DNA from: Setoptus koraiensis
Lineage: Eukaryota > Animalia > Arthropoda
Direction: 5' to 3'
NCBI GenBank assembly: GCA_048013815.1
Contig: CM106586.1
Span: 14,694,001 to 14,758,000 of the forward strand
Length of the DNA stretch: 64,000 nucleotides
Shown here in pieces: positions 49,247-61,175 of the stretch. Made by a program: the position numbers and the translations under genes. Position 1 is the first letter of the stretch; the number at the start of each line of letters is the position of its first letter. The notes beneath the pieces are model-generated. The model saw only the letters and a program-made list of their open reading frames with translations, ran no database searches and had not been told where the DNA came from.

Positions 49247-50907
49247 AAATGTTTCTCCGTTTTGAAACGTTTCTCCGGCTCGAGCTCGAATGTGCCCTCG
49301 AAGCCGCATTTCGAACGCACTCCGACGGCTCGTCGAGCGCTCGCCGAACGCACCGCTCGCCTCGGTGTGCCGCCGCTGCCGATGCGCCGTCTGCCTGCTG
49401 CGGACGACGGCATGAGCATGAAAAGAAAATAAAAATAAAGTCCAACATAAAGAAGAGCTGAGAATTGCGTGCTCGAGCCGGCGCATTCGCTCAGGTGACA
49501 CCGGCGGCCGGCGAAGCCATTGAGGCGTGCTCACCGGTTGCGCATCTGCGGTGCGCGCGTCTGCTCGGTCGATGCTCGCCGCATCCCGGCCGGCGCAAGC
49601 CGAACAATGGGAGAGGCGTCGGCCAGAATGGGAGAAATTTTTATTTTTTGTTTATTATTTTTGCCCGCTCGTTTCCCTCGGCCGGCTGTCGCCCGAACGC
49701 AGCCGCACTGCGCATATATTCGAGCCGATTCGAGCCGATTCGAGCCGAATTGCACAGATTCGCGGGCCTAGTGCCGCCAGCGAACACACATGACGATGAC
49801 ACACGAACGGTGTCTAGCAGCCATGATATATCACGTATCAGGGTCACTTGGTCAGTTGTGCCGCGTCCATTATGACAGCACAGCGATCAGCTGTGCTGTG
49901 CCCATTGTGACAGCTATGACGTCGCAACAGCTGAGCGCCGACGCTCGTGAGCCAGGCTGCTGCACGCCACCGGCGGCCACAACAAAACACAGTCAACAGG
50001 TGAGGGCTTTCGCTCTCACCTGTTGTCGACGAGACACTGTAAATAAATGTATAAATAAACTCGTGACGCAACTCAACCTGTCTGGCTCACGCCGAGACCC
50101 ATAGAGCACTGGACGGCGACTCCGTCAGCTGACTGGTCACAATGGGCAACACAAAGGGCTCGCCAGGGCATATCTAGGTGAACAAGTGCAAGTTTGCATG
50201 CAAATGTTGCCCATGAATGAGGTCTTCATTGCCAATGTAACGCATAATCATCGCTGCCAATTGAATTGAATGTCTTCTTCACGCCGGCGTTCGCTGTCGC
50301 TGTCGCCGGCGTTCGCTGTCGCCGGCGTTCGCTGTCAATGGCGTTCGCTGTCGCCGGGCCAAGCTGGCAAGCTCGCCGCGGCCGTGAAAAGCCATGAAAA
50401 CAATCATTACCAGTGTCCCTGTTGGCGGCGCACAATGGCTAACGAGCCGCCGGCTCGATATCGAGCCCGTTAGACGCATACGCAAAAAATGTGTTTGTTT
50501 GCTTGCTCGCTTGTTTGCACAATGCGCACACATGCCATTACGCAACAGCATTATGATTTGACGTTATGCAACATCATTATGCAACTTTGCGCTGGCTGTC
50601 ATCATTGTGCAACGTTGGTCGGCCTCGCCAGCCGACCAGCCGCCATTGTCCAGACTCGCGACCATTGTGCCGCCAGACAGCAAAGTTGGCCAGCGCGCGG
50701 GTGGCTTCGCATGACACAGTGGCCAGTTGAGCCACTCCGATATTATGCAACATAATATTATATGTTGCGTAATATATCTCGCTATTTATAAATATGGTTG
50801 CAGCAACTTAATCACACAGCCAACGCTGGCCACTGGTCACTCGACCTTGGCCAGCGCTGGCGCTTTTTTAAGAGTAAAAAGTGACACTTGAGCTGGACAC
50901 TTCAAAC

Positions 50908-50997
50908 AAGAGTGACCAGTCGAATAAGAGTGGCCAGTCGAATAAGAGTGACCAGTCGAATAAGAGTGACCAGACGAATAAAAGTGACCAGTCGAAT
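50908..50997. repeat. Tandem 18-mer aagagtgaccagtcgaat, 5 copies
   Basis: Direct reading. Confidence 0.93.
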
Positions 50998-52556
50998 AAA
51001 AGTTGTCGCACAGACACAAACGGGCCGACGAAAATGATCATTGCGTCATGAGCCCGTCATAACATTGCATCATGTTTGTCATCGGGCTCGATTGTGGCGT
51101 CATTTGTGTGTCAATCGCGAGACGGACGCCAGCGAGCCCAGGTGACAACAGCAGCAGCATCAACCGCGCCGACCCGCGACAGCTGACCCGCGACAGCTGA
51201 CCGGTGACAGCTGACAGACGGCGCGTCGAGCGACAGTCGCCTGACTGGCACACAATTTCACTGCATCGAAGTATATATATCATCACGCTGACACAGCCTC
51301 ATGATTTCGAATTTCTGCTCGAATTTCTGCTCGAATTTCGCCTCGAGTTTCGGCTCGAACGTCGGCTCAACGTCGCCTCGAATGTCGCCAACTTGGGCCA
51401 CAATTTAGTCGCACAATTTACCGCTAGTCGCACTGGCCAACATGGCCAACTGGTGCGAGCTCGATGTGGTCATTATGACAAGTGATTATGACAAGCTGGC
51501 CAGCGTGTCCACTGGCGGCCGTCAAATGAAAAGTGGCGCGAAAGCGGACAGTTTTTGTTTTTGGCACTGGCCAGTTGTCGCCAGTGTGTGCGCAGTGTCA
51601 CTCGGACTGACCACTTGCGCCACTTGCGCCGCTTGCGTCACTGTAACGGCTAACTGTCGACTGTCGCGGCTTGTAACGGCCGCTGCGGCGTCGCAAGCCG
51701 CCACTGTGTCGACTTTTGCTGGCTCATCACTCGCACTCGCTTCAGTGACTGAAACAATGCCACAACAACGCCGACAACGCCGACAACGCCGACAACGGCG
51801 CCAGCCAAGACAACGAAGACGGCAAAAAGCGGCGCATCACACTTACCTGTGCGCCGCCGCCGCCGCCGCATTTACCTGTGCGTGAGCTGGCCAGAAGAAG
51901 GGCCGAGCGCACCGTTTGCCGTCACGCTTGCGTTTGGCGTCGCCATGCATTGTTTGTGATGACGCAACTATTTGATGACGCAACTATTTGCATGCTGTTG
52001 TCGCTATATTGCGTTACGTTTGCGTTTATTATTATTGCGCAATCTGTCCACCGACTGACCGACTTGCTCACAGTGGGCATTGCGTAACAATAATCGCGCC
52101 ACTGGCGCCACAAGCGCCGCAAGTGACAAGCGCCGTGTACGGGCGCAAGTGCACAGGGTTGGGCCCTTTCCATGGCCCCGTTTCGCGGCCAATAGTGTAC
52201 GGGCGTGACATCGGCATTGAGGGCAATGGTTGCCAGCATGCAATTTGGCCGCCGCAAGTCGCGCCGCCAACACGCCGATTTCCGACGACGGGATGTTCGC
52301 GGCTGTTCGCGGATATTTGCGGTTATTTGCGGATATGCGCGGCTGCTCGCGGTCGTTCGCGGAGCGAATAATTTTCGGAGCGACTAATTGAAAAATTAAT
52401 CGAGCGCGCCAAAAGTGTTGCCAAAAGTGTGCCAAAAGTGCCGCCAAAAGTGAGTATTCACACGTGAATATCCCAACGGTGGCCATCAATTCGAGGGATT
52501 GGAATGTTGCGGACAGGTAAATTGATCAGCCGATTAATGATTGCATTGTGACTTAC

Positions 52557-52947
52557 CGGCTCGCATTTGCCTATGCAATATTTGACGTTGCACTGGAATA
52601 TCACGCCGTACGATTCCGTGAAGCGGAAGGCCTCGTAATTGCTCTCGAGCGCGTTGTTGATTTGCATGAAATTTGGAAAGATGGTGTGATCCACGGGACA
52701 CCCGTTTTCGTCTATGATCTCAAAGGTGGAACGGGCGTCCTTGGCCATGGCCACGCACGATCGGGCAAATATTCCGTACGGGGTATTCTCGGGTATCTCT
52801 ATTCTGAATGTCAGCCGGTCGCCTATGCGCACAGTGCTGGCCTCGCGCCCGTCCGCCGTCAAAATGGTTATTTTGGGTAGCGGGGCATCGGGCGACGATG
52901 TGATGTGAATGGTTTCCGGGTCGCGCATGTCCGCGTCGAAGTTGTCC
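52557..52947 (-). CDS. nompA: ZP-domain gene exon: ZP-C subdomain
   Basis: aacag|G ... CCG|gtaagt; encodes DPETIHITSSPDAPLPKITIL...TVRIGDRLTFRIEIPENTPYGIFARSCVAMAKD...GCPVD...YEAFRFTESYGVIFQCNVKYCIGKCEP. I recall this as closely matching insect NompA-type ZP domains; orthology needs a search. Confidence 0.93.
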
Positions 52948-54472
52948 CTGTTGTGCGGCGGCGTTGTTGTGTGCGGCATTTTTTTGTCGGGTCGTGCGGC
53001 ATTTTGTTGTCGGGTCGTGCGGCGTTGTTGTGTCCGGTCGGGTATTTCCGGTGACAAGTGATGGATGAAACGAGAGTTAGCATTAGCGTTGTTGTTGTTG
53101 GCTCGTGGCAAGTGTCATGTGGCACGTGGCAGCAGTGGGTAGTTGGTTGACACTTGAACTCGGTCACTCGCTCTGTCTCGGCGCTGTCTCGGCGCCGTCT
53201 CGGCGCTGTCAGGTGACCCCTCGCATGCGACACACACATATCGCCGGTTGTTGTTGTTGTTTGCAGAGCGGCTAGCAGCGTTACGTAATGCCAACGTCGC
53301 TCAGTGCACTCGTTTGTCAACGGCAACAGGTGCATATTTGCATATTACGTCTTGTTTAGTCTGGCCAATTGTCTGTCGCCCTCCTTTGTGTGCCCCCCCC
53401 CCGGCAATTAGACGTCTTATTGAAGCGACTCACACACACACACTCATAAACGTCATAATGTGACGTTTGCTCACATACGTATTGTCATGTACACACAAAT
53501 GTCGTCGCAACTAGACTAATTGCGTCATCCTCGTTGTCAGCTCCACAACATCGGCTCAACAACATGATAATAATTCACCTGTTGCTGCCGGTGTCTGGCT
53601 ACAGCGTGTTGACCAGTGATGGCGAGTTGACCTGCTGTCACTGCTGCAAACAACTGCTGCAAACAACCGCCAAAATAACTGCCAAAATAACTGCCCAAAT
53701 AACTCCCACCGAGCTCATTTGCATAACACACACACACTGCGACTGTTTGTGTGACTAGCCCGCAACAAAAAGTGATGAATGCGCCAGTGACAAAATTGGC
53801 TCATTCATCATTGTGTTTATCATTGTGTTTGTGCTCAACAAGCAAGACCATTTAATTGATAGTCTCATAATGAGTCTCATTTGCATTTATGCGCCTGCAC
53901 AAGTGGCCGGCGAGCGCAAACTCATTAACTAACGAGCGCAACCATCTAATTAACTGCGCACTGCCCGCTGTTTCGGCCTTTGCCTCGCTCTCTCTCTCTC
54001 TCTCATATATCATTAGCCACTGTGCTCGGCTAATGATGATGGATGGCCACTCGCCAGTCCACTCCACTGGCTACTCCATGTCGCTCGTTTATTAGGCTGC
54101 CCGCTGACATTTTCCAATTAATCTCAGTGGGCGCATCGATTGGGCTCGCCACAAGCGAAAGTCGCTGGCTTCTGTGGCACGCAAGCCGCATGAGAGCGAC
54201 TAAAAATAAATAATTATATTTGCAAACTCACATCTATCTACTCGTCGGCTCATTTGACTCAAACGATTTGAGGGCCAATTTGACAGCTCACAAGCTAACT
54301 ACCATCAGCTGACCAGTTCGACGCAACTCGACAATGTCAGCTCGACAATGTCAGCTCGGCAATGTCAGCTCGGCAATGTCAAGTTGACGTACCGGCAACA
54401 GGGCTTGACATTCGTTTGACATGTTACGATCTTGTGACAATTACGTAATGCGTGTTTGTGTGTGTCACTTAC

Positions 54473-54606
54473 CTGACTGGCATCATTCCGAACGACACGT
54501 TGCGAGAGGCTGTCTCGTAGGTGCATCTGACGTGATACACTTTGTCCGCTTTGGTGAGCACAACATTGTGGTGTTGCAGCACTATGGTGTTGGTGTAAAT
54601 GCCCGA
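54473..54606 (-). CDS. nompA: ZP-domain gene exon: end of ZP-N; upstream exons not found in the window
   Basis: cacag|TCG ... AG|gtaagt; encodes SGIYTNTIVLQHHNVVLTKADKVYHVRCTYETASRNVSFGMMPV. Phase 2 matches the next exon. Confidence 0.92.
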
Positions 54607-55016
54607 CTGTGATTGTTTTGTGCGTTTGGGGTATTTACGGTTAGTCCGATTTGCGGCGCCGTGTCGTTTAGTCCAATTTGCGGTGCCGTGTCGTTCAGTC
54701 CAATTGTAGTCGTCGTTTGTTTTTATTGTTTGTGGAGCATCGATAATGGTGTGACGCAACATTGCGACATTAGACATTGAATGGAAACAAGAAGAGGAAG
54801 CGGTGAATTAGCATGGCTTGCAGCATTGGATGTGCAGCGGTGAGCGCCGGGAGGAGGTCATGATTCATTAATCCGGCAAGTGGTCTAAGTGGCGGCCAGT
54901 TTACGCGACACCGACACCAAGTGCGCCTCAAACAGCAACAAGTGCACTTCTAAAGCAACAACAGCAACAACAATTACAACAGCTACAGCCACAGCACCCG
55001 CTCAATGCAACCTGTT

Positions 55017-55072
55017 GCTACCTGTCGAACGCTACCTGTCGAACGCTACCTGTCGAACGCTACCTGTGGAAC
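55017..55072. repeat. Tandem 14-mer gctacctgtcgaac, 4 copies, each containing CAGGTAG on the minus strand
   Basis: Direct reading. Confidence 0.93.
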
Positions 55073-58000
55073 GCGACCGGCTGTCGGACGCAACCGGCTG
55101 TTAGGAGCAGCCGGCAAGCGTGGCGGCGCCAGCGAACCATCGACAGGCGATCACTGTTATTAGTGTTATTATTTATATTATGATCGCATTAGCATCGTTT
55201 AACGTTGTTATTACGCAACACACTGCGCTGTCTGTCTGGCGCTTTGTTTGACGCCAATTTGAAAATTGCAAAACCGTTCTCTGGCACAACCATTTTGCGG
55301 CCATCAGTCATTGCTACCAATCGTACCGATGACAGCGACACACCAAACACACAAATTACGCAATACCTGTAATTCGCCCGTAATGCACCTGTCGTACGGC
55401 TCACCTGTCGCAGCAGGTGTACAGGTGAGCCTACGACAATCAATAATCGTCTTGCCATCCAAGCACCATAGACACATAGTAGTAGACAGGGCACGGGGCA
55501 GCCAATTGCGCAACAATTCGCTCTGTCACCCGTTGTCCGATTGCGACAGATTGTTTCTGGTTTTGTTTGGCAACGCGACAGTGGTTGTTAATATTATTTT
55601 GAGCGCGCGATATGTCCGACAAATGTCAAATGTCGTTGTCAAATTCTCTATTTTGGTGCCGCTATTTTGGGCGCACCGTGCGCGCCAACAGCCGTCAACT
55701 GGCGCCGGTCAACAGCTTGCGAGGTCGTTTTTTTCGGGCCGCCGTTTACGCTAGCTTCCTGGCCTAAACGTGACACGGTGCGTCAGCGTTGCATTGTCAC
55801 CTCTATTCAATTATCGCTGAAATTATCACTGGAATTATCTCTGAAATTGTCTCTGAAATTGTCTCTGAAATTGTCTCTGGAATTATCTGTGAAATTTGGT
55901 GCAAAATTTGGTGCAAGCGACAAAAATAGTGACAAGTGCGCCGATAATTGCCGCCGCTCCAATTGCTGGCGACATTGTGGCCAGACGGAAATACAGAATT
56001 ACTACATTTTACTGAATTAGCCAATCCAATCATTTGCCATATTTCGCCGTCCATCACTTGTCGCTCGCCAACTGGACTGGCAATTATCGTTCGTTTAGTG
56101 GCGCTGGCAATAGATTGCGCAATTATAAACCGCAAACGAATCAACTGTTGTTGGCCACTTTGTGTCGCTGCCGGACACACACACACAAAAGAGGAACAAA
56201 ACAAAATGAGAACAACAGGTTGCAATATGGGCACTAGTTAGGCCAATATCGCACACACACACACACACACACATTTCGCTGTCATTGACAGCTGACAGCG
56301 GCTGCCGGCTACCGGCTGACACAAAACAGCTGACAGCCGACAACTGACAGCTGACAGTTAGCGGCGAGCCAGTTAGCAGCGAGCAGAAAATGAAAACAAC
56401 ATTGGTCAACTCGAGACATTGGCCATGATGATTTCATCATCTTTTTATTATTATTTTGTGTGCCACTGCTATGCAATCTATTATGTAACACACAGACTGT
56501 GTGACATGCCATTGTTACAACACCAGCAGCTGATTGGAATTAGCGCTAGCGCTGGCCAACGGCAACAACAACAACAACAACAACAAAAGATGATGGCGCA
56601 ATGTGACCGATGGACACAATATTGTTGGTATTGTCCAGTTGTCCGGCCGCTGCCGTCAACATCAGCTGATGCTGTTGTCAGCTGATGTCGCTGTCAGTCG
56701 CTGCCGTCAGCATCAGCTGATGCTGTTGTTGGCCGATGTTGCTGTCAGCTGATGGTGCCCATGTCGATTCATCGGCAGCCGATGACGCTGGCCGCCAACG
56801 TCAATTGTTGTCCGGCTAATCAGGCTAATTGCACAAGTTGCGCTGTGTTTGCTTTGCCAGCGGCCGCTTGTCGGCCGGCCCGAGCTTGCTGGCGCTGTTA
56901 CCCGACGCGAACACTTGAAACAACGACGAGCACAAATCCCTTTGTTGCCGCGGCAACAGGACGTCGCGACGCAGCCATTGCGCAATATAGTTGTTGTTAC
57001 GCAACAACGGGACCCGCAACAACACCGACAACAACGCCAACAACAACGCCAACAACAACGCCAACAGCAACAACAACGACAGCACCGACAACAACAGCAA
57101 CAGCAGCGCCAACAACGCCAACAACACCGACAACAGAAGCATGAAAGATGGCCAAAATGGCCAAAATGCCAACGATAAACAGTGTACGTTGTCAACATTG
57201 TTACAAGTGTCAAGTCACGATCGCCTGCGCCCGTTCGGCCGGCCCGCGGGCCGCCTGTGGCGAGCGGGCCGTTGGTGCGGCGGCCGCAGCCCGCAAGCGA
57301 GTGTGTTTGTCAATCAGTCTAATCAGCGGGCCGGTTGGCGCCGGACAAACATGTATCACGACTGGGCAAACACTGGCTGCTATCACACACACTAGCGCTG
57401 CTATTAGCATAACATGCAGCTCGGGCCGGCTGCCGCTCCGCTCGGCATAGATGCGCGGAAATCAATTTCGCGCCTATTATCCCATTACACGAGCCTAACA
57501 GTTTCGCGGGCGAGTGTCGGGCCGGCGCAGCCGGCAGCACAGCGAACGCCACAAGTCATACCGGCTGTATAATGCAGCCTGTGTAATACAAGCCAAAGAG
57601 CCTGTGTAATGACGCTCGGGCGAGGGCTGCCGCTCGGGCGACAAGACGCGGCCGGCAGCGAGCGGCCGGCGGCGAGCGGGCCGAGCAGCATTTAATTGAG
57701 CTCGGCACAATTTATGCAAGTTGGCGTCGGCGCGGATGTGCCAAGTGGCTGGCATCATCGACACCATCAACAGGTTGCCAGTTGGCCGAGTTGCGAGACG
57801 ACGCACTGGCGTTTTGTGACGCAACAACCACTCGCCAGTGACTGACAGCGGCGAGACTTTCTTGTGTCCGTCTCTTCTCACCTGAGCCACTAGCTGACAG
57901 CCACTAGCACAGGTAGCTCAGGTGAGCGCCGCGCTGATCAGCTGAGCCGCTGGCCGATTAGTTTATAATTTTGCGCTGGCCGCTGGCTGGCCGACGCAAT

Positions 58001-58639
58001 GTACGCCGGTAAATCGACGAAATATAGGCTAGTGAGTTTATTGGTTAGTCGGGCCGGCCGCCGTCTTGCGCCGAGCGCGGCCGACGGGCAACCAACAAAA
58101 AGTGTTTAGTGTGCGCTGCAAGTGGCCGGCTCACTGGCGCTCAGTGGCTCGCTCGGGCCGCTCCGAAGCGGCCGCCGCTTCGGCCCAGCCGCTGGCATCG
58201 GGTCGCCGCGCCGCGCCGAGTCGGCGCCGTCGCTGGCAGCGCTGGAGACGATCGGATAAAATCAAAATCAAAACACGGCGAGCCAGCGAGAGAGATTCGC
58301 CTAAAAGAAGAAGAAGAAGCGAAACGCTCTTTTGTTGTTTGTATGTATATTGGCTGTTGTTGTCGATGCTGCTGCTGTTGTTGTTGTTGCCACCATGTTA
58401 CGTCACTCCAAACAACAACTACTGTTGTTGTCGGTGTTGCTGCCGCTGTTGTTGTCGGTGTTGTTGTTGTCGGTGTTGTTGTTGTTGCGCAACACACACA
58501 ATGCACTCACGGCCATTTGCTCTCGATTTGGTCCCTTGGCTGCTCACTCGCTGCACTTGTTGTTACGTCATCAGGCCGCATCAATCGGCATCATTCTGTT
58601 GCCGTCCACCTCGCCGAACCATCCACCGACGTTTGTGAG

Positions 58640-58676
<37 letters not shown>

Positions 58677-61104
58677 GGCAGAGGCTACCTGTCGACTTTT
58701 GCGGTGCAAACATGCCAAGACAACACTGTCGGCAGAAATAATCTGGCAGAATCGCACAACAAACTATTGTTTTGCGCTCGATCCGCTCCGCTCATCGGCT
58801 GCCCGTTGGCCGGCGGAGGTGCGTGTGCTCACGGTCGCTCTCCCGATCGCAATCGATCCGGCCGCCCGATCGGTCTGTTGCAGCGATGTGGGCATCACAG
58901 CCCGCTCGAACCGGCCCGAATCTGTTTGACGCGCGGCCCGCTACCGTTGAATCGTTTCATTTGGCTCCAATCATTGCAGTCCAATGGCAACGGCGATGCG
59001 CCAAGATTGCGCCTGACGCAAATCTGGTGCGCTGCCCGAGCGCCTCGCCCGAGCCGCTCGGGCCGAGCAGCGTCTGTCCCGAGCAGCGGGTGCGCGACAA
59101 ACTAAACGCCGCCGGAGGCCAGTTTCTCGCGCCAACGCGAGCAACTTCCGCCCGACGCGAATCGTCTGACTGTCGGCCTAATTAGAGTTGCTGCCTAATT
59201 AGCGGAAGTTGCGCAATAGAAGAGAAGCGTTGATTTGAGAATGCGTCGATGCGCGAATTTGCACGCTGGTCGCTGGATTCTGGCCGCTAGTCGCTGGACT
59301 CTGGCCGCTAATCGCTGGACTCTGGCCGCTAGATTGCGGCGGCGAAAATCGAAGCGAAGCGTCGGCCATGTCGCAATAACTGCAGCTCGCCGCTGTGTTC
59401 CGTCCGGCCCGCTGCTGCTACCCACGGGTACAGCATGCAGTATTAGGCACATGTAGTGTTGCCAGATATTGCGTACATACATTGTTGCCGGGTTCTCAGC
59501 GCGCCGTGGGCAGCGCTCGAGCCAATGAGAGATTTCGCTTCTTTGTTCTTGATTTGTTGTTGTGCGACCCGCTCGGCGCACACGACGATTTGTGAGTGTG
59601 TGTGTCGTCGCGGGTGCCTTCGATTGCGAAGCTTCTCGGCTCGAAGCTTCGATCGCTCGAAACTCGCAGCCGAGAAGCTTCGAACGGCGAGCCGCGAAGC
59701 TTCGAAACTCGCAGCCGACAAGCCGACTAGCCGGCTAGACGAGCCGTGTGCGAACGGTGCGCCAGTTGCAATGGGCTCAATTGTGTCTCGATTTGATGAT
59801 TGTGCGCATTCTTCGCCAGTGGCAGTTGCGTAACGTTACCGCCAGAGAAGGTGCAACAATCAAACGGACAGACATGCAATTGACTTTGACCGACTTTTGC
59901 CGACACTTCGGACACGGCGAGCGCATCGGCGAAGGGACAAATTTGTTGGCTTCGGTTGCTCGCTGTTCGCTTGGCACTTGTGGCATTGTTTCGACTGTTG
60001 TTGCGGTAGTGGCTTGCTGCGAATTTGCGAGTCGCTCGCCAGAGTGTCCCGTCGCCGGTGTCGTGCAAATTGGAGCTGCGTCAAAGCGGCGCTCGGGCCG
60101 CCTCGTCGGGCCGCCTCTTCGGAACGTCGGGCAGCGTCCGTTGTGTTTGCGTCCGTCTCCGCCCGTCTCAGTCGGTTTCCGTCGGTGTGCGGAAGGCTCG
60201 TTGCGGCTCGCGGGACGCGGGCGAGACCCGAGCGGAGCGACACCCGAACTGGCAAGCCCGAAAACGGAGCCGTCAGAAGCGAGAGCGATAAATGAGAGGC
60301 GGCAATCGCGAGATTCTCGTCCACTCGAGAGAGTAGCCAAACAATGGCTATCATATCCGCTGAGATCGGGCCGTCTGCGAGATTGACGGACGGGCCGGGA
60401 AGCGCGCACAGCGTCGAGCGAAGCAGACAGAGAACCGCGCTACCTGTGCGCTTCTGTCTGGCGCTGGATGCGCCGCGGACAGGCACAGCGGAACGAGAAC
60501 GGTGCTTCAGGTGGCTTCAGTGGCTGCGAGCAGCGCCGCTGACCAACTGACCGAGCGGCCTGACCGGCCAATCAACAAGTGCCGGCCGCAATCTGAATGG
60601 GTCTGCTGCGGCGCGGTTGCATCGGCGCCAGCCGCTCACTCGGCTACCTGTTGTCGTCCGTTACCTGTCCGCTTTGTTTCGCTGCGTCCGGCTCTGTGTT
60701 GTTGGCGTGCTGTCGTCATAACTGTCGGCTCGTTGCGCAAACGGCCCGAACCGCCACCGACCGCCGCGGCACCGGCGGTACCGGCAGCAGCGGCCGCACC
60801 GGCGATGCGAGATTTCCGGCGGTCGCGCCGAGAAAGTTTGGCCGGCCGCTTGTGGCTGCCCGCTGGCAGCGCAAACATACATTGAAATTTATCTAATGAA
60901 TTGTTGCACGATATTAGGGGCACTATTTGAGGCGCCCCTTGCGGGCCGGCCACTGCGAAATGGGCGCGAAAATGGCGGCGAAAATGCCCGTGAAAATATT
61001 TGCGATATTGCGAGGCATTGCGAGGTACCGCGAGAAGCCGAATCGATTGCTCGTCCGAGTTTGTCGCTCATTTTGATTCATTTCGTCCCTTCTCTTTATT
61101 GTCC

Positions 61105-61175
61105 AACCAAAAGCATTATGAACCAAAAGCATTATGAACCAAAAGCATTATGAACCAGAGGCATTATGAACCAAA
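61105..61175. repeat. Tandem 16-mer aaccaaaagcattatg, about 4.5 copies
   Basis: Direct reading. Confidence 0.92.
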
